Shown: positions 25,804-32,000 of the stretch, one piece after another
Layout of the letters: every line of letters starts with the position of its first letter
Numbering within the stretch: position 1 is the stretch's first letter
NCBI RefSeq assembly: GCF_037902255.1
Contig: NZ_CP147990.1
Location: 1,260,001-1,292,000, forward strand
Direction: 5' to 3'
DNA length: 32,000 nt
Source: Candidatus Electrothrix sp. GW3-4
Lineage (GTDB): Bacteria > Desulfobacterota > Desulfobulbia > Desulfobulbales > Desulfobulbaceae
Notes under the pieces: model-generated
Seen by the model: the letters and a program-made list of their open reading frames with translations, nothing else
Databases searched by the model: none
What the model was told of the DNA's origin: nothing
Made by a program: the position numbers and the translations under genes

Positions 25804-27060
25804 TTAATTGAGCTCTTGAGCAGCAAGTGGGATTATTTTGGCCAGTTGGATCCTGGTCAGGGCCTGATTACCGTCTTTGTCCAGGATGGCAATGAGGTGA
25901 AAGGGAACAACGGATGCATCTCCAGAAGCGCAGAGGATAATGACGAAATCCCGTGTTTTTAGAGTTAGTTCGTTGCAGACATGGAGCCCTGAGGTCGCAG
26001 CGGTCTCCTGGGCAGAACGAAAGACATCATTAAAAACTGCGCCAGCACGTGCAAGATTAAGATTTGAGTCAAGACAGTCCGAGGCAAGAGTCTCTCCGCT
26101 AAAATCCATAATTCCTGAGCCCTTGTATCCTTTTATCCCTCGGAGCCTTTCCAGAATTGATTCCAGGTTACCTGTGCAACCTTCTGCTGAACAGGAGGGC
26201 TGTGGTGGAACCCTGTCTTGTTCCGCGACCTCAGTTGCTCGTGGCGGTTGAGCAGTAGGCATGATGATCGGATCATCCTCTTCATCGTCATCATCTCTGA
26301 CAGATTGGTGCCAGTCCCCTTCAAATACCCTGTGACGCTGTTCTCCGTCATTGGTCTGGGGAGGGAGCTCCAGCTCACAGAGCTTGACCTCATCTTTCAG
26401 TTTCATGGCGTCCATAATGATGGACATCAATTCTCCTTTGATTCTTCGCCGAATTTCCAGTTTGGGTAATGCTTTGATCTTAAAGCTGACATTGTCCATA
26501 GCGATCAGGCGACAAGCCGCCTCATATTCCTGCAGGTCTCCGTATTCGGCATCATAGAGTTTGCCCTGATGGATGTACAGAAGGCCTTTGTTTCTCGGTG
26601 ATGTCCCTACTTCAAGTAAACAGGTTTTTTCATCCATTTCCAGTAGCTGTAAAAATGATCCCACGGAAACGCCCTTGAGATTTCCGCTGGCAATATCCTC
26701 ATTGAGAATATTGGTCACGATCTTCACCAGCTGCTTCACCCGGATTGGCTTCAAGAGAATTTCTCGTACCCTACCTTCCAGTGCGGTTACTTTTTCTTCA
26801 TCTTTACATCCTGTGATGACTACAATGGGAATGTTTGGGTGAAAATTCTCTATATATTCTATAAGATGCCATCCATTGATTTCGCCCGGCATGATGAGGT
26901 CTGTCACAAGCAGGGAGATTTCCACCTGACCTAATATTTCGATGGCCTCTTTGCCGTTGCTGGCATAGACAGGGGTAAAAAAATCGCCGTAATCCTTCAA
27001 TTGCTCTTCCAGGAGAGCAAGTGCGAACAGATCATCATCAACGACCAGAATATCGTACAT
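25804..27060 (-). CDS. Orphan response regulator: REC + PATAN/DUF4388 + acidic Pro-rich linker + Roadblock/LC7-like domain
   Basis: The REC domain keeps its acceptor residues (VVDDD, LLVTDLIMPG, VVITG, LLKP). The middle segment GNLKGVSVGSFLQLLEMDEKTCLLEV...LYIHQGKLYDAEYGDLQEYEAA fits DUF4388. The C-terminal segment LERLRGIKGYKGSGIMDFSGETLA...FHLIAILDKDGNQALTRIQL fits the Roadblock/MglB pattern. AAGGAG lies upstream of the ATG. Confidence 0.75.
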   Translation of the reverse strand: MYDILVVDDDLFALALLEEQLKDYGDFFTPVYASNGKEAIEILGQVEISLLVTDLIMPGEINGWHLIEYIENFHPNIPIVVITGCKDEEKVTALEGRVREILLKPIRVKQLVKIVTNILNEDIASGNLKGVSVGSFLQLLEMDEKTCLLEVGTSPRNKGLLYIHQGKLYDAEYGDLQEYEAACRLIAMDNVSFKIKALPKLEIRRRIKGELMSIIMDAMKLKDEVKLCELELPPQTNDGEQRHRVFEGDWHQSVRDDDDEEDDPIIMPTAQPPRATEVAEQDRVPPQPSCSAEGCTGNLESILERLRGIKGYKGSGIMDFSGETLASDCLDSNLNLARAGAVFNDVFRSAQETAATSGLHVCNELTLKTRDFVIILCASGDASVVPFHLIAILDKDGNQALTRIQLAKIIPLAAQELN

Positions 27061-27582
27061 ATTTTACTCCTTATCTTAAGAAAATCAGAGGAGTGTTTTG
27101 TCTGATTTTGCGATTTAACAATGCGAGGACCGATTGCGTGTTGAGGGGTGCTGTGCTCACCATGGTTCTCAGCAGCGCTCACAAGCTGCTCGTAACAGGA
27201 GATTGCTGACAGGATAATTCTATGCTACTATTTTCGCCTGAGAGATGACTCGCTTTATCCTATGCCTTGATTTGCTCAGTTCGTGAGCTGAGACGTTCAG
27301 CCGTGTATTCCCAAAGAGAAAACCGAGAAGTGCGCTGAAGTCTTCTCTTTCTTGCCCGCTTTTGGAATTTAGTATTAATTTAGTGGGGCTATCTAAACGA
27401 CTATCACAGAAGAAAATGACAATCAAATAGATTTTTTGCAAGAAGAACGTGCCTTGCCGCTCTTTTTATGGAAGACTGAATCATATCAGGAGAATGCTTC
27501 TTTGTACAGCAACATGGGAAAATTTGAGGGTTTTCTTGGTGCGACTCAATAATAAGACCAAACAGGATAATGGAGAGAAAAT

Positions 27583-28782
27583 ATGACCATCTGCCCAATT
27601 GCCGTACTCAATGCTGTTGCTTCTGAAGGACTGGAGCTTTTTGGCGAGAACTATCAGCTCCATGCTGAGGCAAAAGAGGCCTTAGGACTTGTGGTGCGGA
27701 GCTCGCCGGTTGACCTGGATGCCTTTCCAAACCTTGTTGCCATTGCCCGGGCCGGGGCCGGGGTGAATAATATCCCGATAGATGAGGCCTCTGACAGGGG
27801 CATATGTGTGTTCAACACTCCTGGTGCCAATGCCAATGCGGTTGTGGAACTCCTTTTTACTATGTTGGGTATTTCCCTGCGCAATGTTAAGGATGGCATG
27901 ACCTTTTGCGAAGGCCTGGAGGGCGATGACGAGGAACAACTCAATGCTGAGGTCGAGGCGAGGAAAAAGGGCTTTAAGGGCATGGAGATGTCCGGCAAGA
28001 CCTTGGGGGTTATCGGGCTGGGCCAGATCGGTGTGCGGGTAGCGAACATGGGCATCCACCATAATATGCGGGTGATCGGCTATGATCCCTATCCGGTGAT
28101 GGATAATATTCATGATCTGCTACCGGATGTGGAACTGGCCAAGGCGCGGCGTAATCTCCTAGCCCAGGCGGATTTTGTTTCTCTCCATGTTCCTCTGAAC
28201 AAAAATACCAAGGGCTTGGTAAATGATGAATTCATCGATTTTATGAAAGAGGATGCTCTGCTCTTTAACTATGCTCGTGGTCCGGTGGTGGATGAGGATG
28301 CAGTGCTCAAGGCCCTTGATAGCGGCAGGATTGCAGGCCATATTTCTGATTTTCCTTCAGCCAAGCTGATTAAGCATGACAAGGTTATCCTGACCCCTCA
28401 TCTCGGTGCCTCGACTGCGGAGTCAGAAGAAAACTGCGCCTGCATGGCGGTGAAAGAGCTGAAAGATTATCTGGAATACGGCAATATCACCCATAGTGTG
28501 AATTTCCCCAACGTGGAGAGCATTCCTACCGTCTTGGTGCATACCCGCTTGATTGTGATTAATAAGGATACGCCGGGAATGATTGGTTTGATGAGTAATA
28601 TTCTCGGTAAGCACGGTATCAATATCATGAGCTATACCAATAAGAGTAACGGCACGATGGGTTATAATATTATTGATACGGCAACGGCGGTATCGTCGGA
28701 TGTGTGTCAGGAGATTGAAGGGGTTGAGGGTGTGATCAGGACCCGGGTGATTCCGTTGAAGAATGGGGGAGGGGAGGAGTAA
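27583..28782 (+). CDS. serA: D-3-phosphoglycerate dehydrogenase (2-hydroxyacid dehydrogenase with C-terminal ACT domain)
   Basis: 399 aa. It has the NAD-binding motif GVIGLGQIGVRVA, catalytic-region motifs (ARGPVVDEDA, TPHLGAST) and a C-terminal ACT-like segment (LIVINKDTPGMIGLMSNILGKHGINI). Confidence 0.8.
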   Translation: MTICPIAVLNAVASEGLELFGENYQLHAEAKEALGLVVRSSPVDLDAFPNLVAIARAGAGVNNIPIDEASDRGICVFNTPGANANAVVELLFTMLGISLRNVKDGMTFCEGLEGDDEEQLNAEVEARKKGFKGMEMSGKTLGVIGLGQIGVRVANMGIHHNMRVIGYDPYPVMDNIHDLLPDVELAKARRNLLAQADFVSLHVPLNKNTKGLVNDEFIDFMKEDALLFNYARGPVVDEDAVLKALDSGRIAGHISDFPSAKLIKHDKVILTPHLGASTAESEENCACMAVKELKDYLEYGNITHSVNFPNVESIPTVLVHTRLIVINKDTPGMIGLMSNILGKHGINIMSYTNKSNGTMGYNIIDTATAVSSDVCQEIEGVEGVIRTRVIPLKNGGGEE

Positions 28783-28798
28783 TCACGGCCAAAGCTTG

Positions 28799-28843
28799 CT
28801 GCCCGCTTTGTTATTTATGATGATAAACCGGGCAGTTTGTGTT
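28799..28843 (+). terminator. Possible terminator after serA
   Basis: CTGCCCG (28799-28805) pairs with CGGGCAG (28829-28835) around a long 23-nt AT-rich loop, followed by TTTGTGTT. Confidence 0.35.
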
Positions 28844-28908
28844 CTGATCAGAAGGTGGTTGTTTGTTGACGGGTTGGGGAGTGAGCAGGAGAGAAGAGGG
28901 AGAACGGC

Positions 28909-31053
28909 GTGGACTTGCTGGAACAGATTATCACCGGATTACGCTGGCTGAAGGATAACCCGGAAGTAACGTGGAGTGGCATTGGGACTACTCTCTTGGT
29001 TTCAGCATGTTCTTGGCTTTATGCCCGTCTCCGCAAACCCGATGCCTCTTCCGGTACACACCATGCCGACGAATGGCTGACCAGGAATCGGCATAAGCTG
29101 ATCAGTCGTCTGCAATGGGAGCTGAAAGACCGTCAACAGTCCTTCCTGCTCGGCCGGACTTCTCTGGACCTGGACAAGAGCATGGATCCGAACCGAGTGA
29201 GCCGCCCCTATTGCATCTGGCAGCGAGACGGGGTGCCGGTCAAAAACATGGGTCAACCCATTGTCAATCTCTTTCTCCACCCTGAAGTCAACGAGCAGCT
29301 GGCGATTCTGGGTAAGCCGGGCAGCGGCAAGACCGTGTGCCTGCTCAAGCTGCTTGAGCATCTGTTGCAAAAGGCCGAGGACAACCCCGCACTTCCTCTG
29401 CCTGTCGTCTTTGAGTGCTCGGAATGGGACGGCAGCAAGCTTCCCCTGTGGCTGGCCGCGCAGCTGCAGCTGGACCGAAGATACTCTTTTCCAAAGGATA
29501 CGGCCCTTCGGGCAGTCCGGGAGCAGGACATCCTGCCCCTGTTTGACGGTCTGGACGAATTGGCAACGGAACAGCAGGGAGACTTTGTCCGGGGCTTTAA
29601 TGCCTTTGCCGAAAATCGGCCGTTGGCGCTCTGCTGTCGGAAGCAGGAGTACGACCATTTGCTGAACAATGCAGGGGAGAAACTGGCTCTCAGGAATGCG
29701 GCGATCCTTCACGATATCAATCCGCAGCGGCTTAGGGAACATCTCCTGCGGGAAGGGCTGGATGACCTCTGGACGCTGCTTGAGCAGTCTGAGCACGAGG
29801 CGGAGCCATCATCCACGGAATCAGCGGAGGAGGAACAGAACGAAGAACACCAGCAGGCCCTGTTGCAATTGGCCCGACGGCCCCTGTTTCTCGGTCTGAT
29901 GATCGAGGTGTCTGAGGATCTCTGCCAGGGTTCAGGGCGGCAGCCGGGTGAAACCTGGGAGGACTTCCTCTGGCGGCAGTATCTGGATAACTGGCTGGCC
30001 CCGAACCCGCCTCCTCGTCTCCGGTCGCCGGATGGTTATGCCGGGAAGTACAGCAAGGAGCAGTCCCTGCACTGGCTGCATTGTCTGGCACGATGGATGC
30101 AGTCAGAAAACACGGTGGCTTTGCAGATTGATGAACTCCAGCCGAGTATTTTGAAGGGGTATTGGCGGTTCGGGCTTCTCTATGGGCTATTTTACGCTCT
30201 GGCTTTTGGTCTGATGTTCTCGCTGTATGACGGGCCGAGATTAGGGGCAGTAGCCGGACTGGCTGCATGGCTGCTTTACGGCCTGCCCGGCTGCTTACCA
30301 CGGCAATGGCTGACAAAAATTAAAATCATCACCGGGCTGTCCTGGGGAGGGTTCGGTTTGCTGGCGTACGGGCCGGTATTCGGTCTAATGCTCGGGCTGG
30401 TCTTTATGCTGATAGCGCATAACGAGCAGATCTGGATTTATCCCCTCAACTCTGTCCGTTTTCCTGCCTTCTTTCGAGTCGTTGATCGGTCGTTTGCTTT
30501 AGCTTTCGGTCTGCTCTTAGGGCTGGTTTTCGGTCTGATTCAGGCGGGAATATTCGACCCGTGGCTATTGCTGGCCTTCACGTCGGCTTTAGGGCTGGGT
30601 CTCATCCTGCTTGTCGGAATGGCTGAGGGACTAAGAATGGTGGGCAATAGGCTCCGCAGAACTGTCCGGATCCAAGACCGACTCAATGAGGCAAAGCTCA
30701 GCAGTCTGCTGCTCTTGCCGCTCTTCCTTCTTGCAGCCATGCTGGTCTTTGTCCAAGTTCTCTTGCTCGCTGAAGAGCAAGGGATAGCTGTCAGTCCTTT
30801 TTTCACATTGCGCAATTTGTATTTGGTTTTGTTCATGGCGGGAATCGGTAGTTTTTTTCTCCTCGGTACCAACGAAGTCCTCCAACATTATCTTCTTCGC
30901 CTCTGTCTTTGGCAGGAAAAACAACTCCCCCTACGCCTCGTCCCTTGGCTGGCGGCTGTTCACCAGCGTAAGGTGCTGCAACGGGCAGGCGGCAGCTACC
31001 ATTTCCTGCATAAACAGCTTCAGGAATATCTGGCAAAGCAGCAGGCTCTGTGA
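28909..31053 (+). CDS. NACHT-type STAND NTPase with a polytopic (about 8 TM) glycine-zipper membrane block
   Basis: The start is GTG 28909 after AAGAGGGA. Motifs are Walker A ILGKPGSGKT (29311-29334), Walker B LPLFDGLDE (29533-29559), LALCCRKQEY, ARRPLFLGLM, and a terminal GGSYHFLHKQLQEYLA. Residues about 417-655 form about 8 hydrophobic helices rich in GxxxG. Confidence 0.8.
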   Translation: MDLLEQIITGLRWLKDNPEVTWSGIGTTLLVSACSWLYARLRKPDASSGTHHADEWLTRNRHKLISRLQWELKDRQQSFLLGRTSLDLDKSMDPNRVSRPYCIWQRDGVPVKNMGQPIVNLFLHPEVNEQLAILGKPGSGKTVCLLKLLEHLLQKAEDNPALPLPVVFECSEWDGSKLPLWLAAQLQLDRRYSFPKDTALRAVREQDILPLFDGLDELATEQQGDFVRGFNAFAENRPLALCCRKQEYDHLLNNAGEKLALRNAAILHDINPQRLREHLLREGLDDLWTLLEQSEHEAEPSSTESAEEEQNEEHQQALLQLARRPLFLGLMIEVSEDLCQGSGRQPGETWEDFLWRQYLDNWLAPNPPPRLRSPDGYAGKYSKEQSLHWLHCLARWMQSENTVALQIDELQPSILKGYWRFGLLYGLFYALAFGLMFSLYDGPRLGAVAGLAAWLLYGLPGCLPRQWLTKIKIITGLSWGGFGLLAYGPVFGLMLGLVFMLIAHNEQIWIYPLNSVRFPAFFRVVDRSFALAFGLLLGLVFGLIQAGIFDPWLLLAFTSALGLGLILLVGMAEGLRMVGNRLRRTVRIQDRLNEAKLSSLLLLPLFLLAAMLVFVQVLLLAEEQGIAVSPFFTLRNLYLVLFMAGIGSFFLLGTNEVLQHYLLRLCLWQEKQLPLRLVPWLAAVHQRKVLQRAGGSYHFLHKQLQEYLAKQQAL

Positions 31054-31095
31054 CGGAATGATGCAGCAGTACAAAGATGATGTTTTTTTAAACCG

Positions 31096-31131
31096 ATAAC
31101 CTCAACCTTACACAACATCATGAACAAAATG
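31096..31131. repeat. 36-bp direct repeat, left copy
   Basis: ataacctcaaccttacacaacatcatgaAcaaaatg. It matches 31831-31866 with one mismatch (31124 A versus 31859 G). Confidence 0.9.
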
Positions 31132-31175
31132 CACCAACCCTTCGGTAAACGGATCGAAACTATACTCATTACGTT

Positions 31176-31658
31176 ATGAACAAAGAATTCGTCTACCTTG
31201 AAACAAGTTTTGTCAGTTATCTCACTGCCCGACCAAGCAGAGATCTTATCGTCTCCGCCCATCAGACTATAAGCCAGGAGTGGTGGGAGCAAAGAAGAAG
31301 CTGTTTTGAAATCGTTATATCCGAAATCGTTGCAGAGGAAGCAGGGCAGGGGCACCCGGAAGCGGCACAGAGACGGTTGGACCTTCTCAGGGACATTCCT
31401 TTTATAGCTGTAACCGAAGAAGCGCTTGACTTTGCGGACAAGCTGATCCAAAGTGGAGCTGTTCCCCAAAAAGCGGCGCAGGATGCTCTGCACATCGCTG
31501 TCTGTTGTGTGAACAATGTGGATTTCCTGCTGACTTGGAACTGCAAGCATATTGCCAATGCAGAGAAAAGAGAAAGTATTCGGACTGCCGCTGTTGAGCA
31601 TGGCCTTATTGCACCGGTTATCTGTACCCCGGAAGAACTATTCGGAGATGAATTATGA
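31176..31658 (+). CDS. Divergent PIN-domain (VapC-like) protein
   Basis: 160 aa. VYLETSFVSYLTARPSRDLI...EEAG...AQDALHIAVCCV...FLLTWNCKHIAN matches a PIN-like family that I recall being annotated as a VapC-family toxin. Two of the four usual acidic positions read E and N. Confidence 0.75.
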   Translation: MNKEFVYLETSFVSYLTARPSRDLIVSAHQTISQEWWEQRRSCFEIVISEIVAEEAGQGHPEAAQRRLDLLRDIPFIAVTEEALDFADKLIQSGAVPQKAAQDALHIAVCCVNNVDFLLTWNCKHIANAEKRESIRTAAVEHGLIAPVICTPEELFGDEL

Positions 31659-31834
31659 TGGAAGACCCTATTGTAAAAGAAACACGAAAAATACGAGAGC
31701 AGATAGCCTCGGAACACAAATACGATGTGTATAAACTGGGTCGGTATTTCATGCGGAAGCAGCAGGTCGGACAACGGGTCTTTGTCACAATTCCACCTAA
31801 GATCGTCAAAAGGAGGTCCGTCCTCACCCCATAA
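31655..31834 (+). CDS. Small 59-aa partner protein, a putative antitoxin-like component
   Basis: I translated this myself because it is below the 60-aa cutoff of the track: MMEDPIVKETRKIREQIASEHKYDVYKLGRYFMRKQQVGQRVFVTIPPKIVKRRSVLTP. Its ATG overlaps the PIN stop (ATGA, 31655-31658). Confidence 0.55.
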   Translation: MMEDPIVKETRKIREQIASEHKYDVYKLGRYFMRKQQVGQRVFVTIPPKIVKRRSVLTP

Positions 31835-31866
31835 CCTCAACCTTACACAACATCATGAGCAAAATG
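31831..31866. repeat. 36-bp direct repeat, right copy
   Basis: ataacctcaaccttacacaacatcatgaGcaaaatg. It contains the ATG (31855) of the next gene. Confidence 0.9.
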
Positions 31867-32000
31867 ACAGAAGCGAAAAAACGGGATTTTGTTACGCAGA
31901 TCATCACTCTTGTTGAAGAAAATCAGGAGGTGTTGACCGACAAAGGCTTTGACCCCGCTGAACGGGTTGATGAGCTGAAGACCAAGAAAAATACTGCCGA
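31855..32000 (+). CDS. Hypothetical protein, 5' fragment cut by the window edge
   Basis: The frame is open from ATG 31855 to the window end: MSKMTEAKKRDFVTQIITLVEENQEVLTDKGFDPAERVDELKTKKNTA... I do not recognise a family. Confidence 0.45.
   Translation, partial: MSKMTEAKKRDFVTQIITLVEENQEVLTDKGFDPAERVDELKTKKNTA

Noticed and set aside
27436-27458. Sigma-54-like element on the - strand (GGCACG-N-CTTGCA) upstream of the response regulator
   Set aside because: The GG-to-GC spacing is two nucleotides longer than the strict -24/-12 spacing, the T before GG is missing, and the site lies about 380 nt from the start codon. This is probably chance.
27220-27598. Two - strand ORFs (73 and 64 aa) in the regulator-serA spacer
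   Set aside because: They have no SD, odd composition and overlap each other, and the second overlaps the serA start. I treat the region as non-coding or regulatory.
29002-29796. 264-aa - strand ORF, with several other overlapping ORFs on both strands inside 29.0-30.3 kb
   Set aside because: The + strand frame contains Walker A/B and other NACHT motifs in the correct order. The many alternative open frames are expected from the elevated GC of this gene.
31020-31840. Two ~190-aa - strand ORFs (31020..31601 and 31262..31840) overlapping the PIN module
   Set aside because: The + strand frames give a recognisable PIN-like protein and a coupled small partner. The - strand products have no motifs and would span the repeat junctions.

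Overview
This 32 kb window looks like a bacterial chromosome of about 50% GC. Gene content, such as a DUF4911-like gene after purB and a REC-PATAN-Roadblock regulator, suggests a Desulfobacterota-type organism, but that is only an inference. Most of it is conserved housekeeping sequence. On the + strand: purB, a CooC-like ATPase, ftsE-ftsX-envC-ctp, tRNA-Gly(CCC), and the operon rimP-nusA-ylxR-infB-rbfA-nrnA-truB-rpsO-pnp. On the - strand: glnS, an LtaS/sulfatase-family membrane enzyme and a DUF445 protein. Two regions look accessory. (1) At the right end (28.9-32 kb), a 714-aa NACHT-type STAND NTPase appears to have about 8 glycine-zipper transmembrane helices inserted into its winged-helix region. 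It is followed by a divergent PIN protein with a small overlapping downstream partner, and that pair is bracketed by a 36-bp direct repeat copying the start region of the next gene. This is my best candidate for an undescribed, probably defence-type, system. (2) A strongly AT-rich islet (about 4.44-5.3 kb) sits directly upstream of glnS. It holds an orphan 3-TM protein and seven tandem 21-nt repeats. An orphan REC-PATAN(DUF4388)-Roadblock response regulator with a 520-bp structured upstream region is also notable. I found no CRISPR array, rRNA, transposase or integrase. All family assignments come from motif recognition by eye, not database searches.
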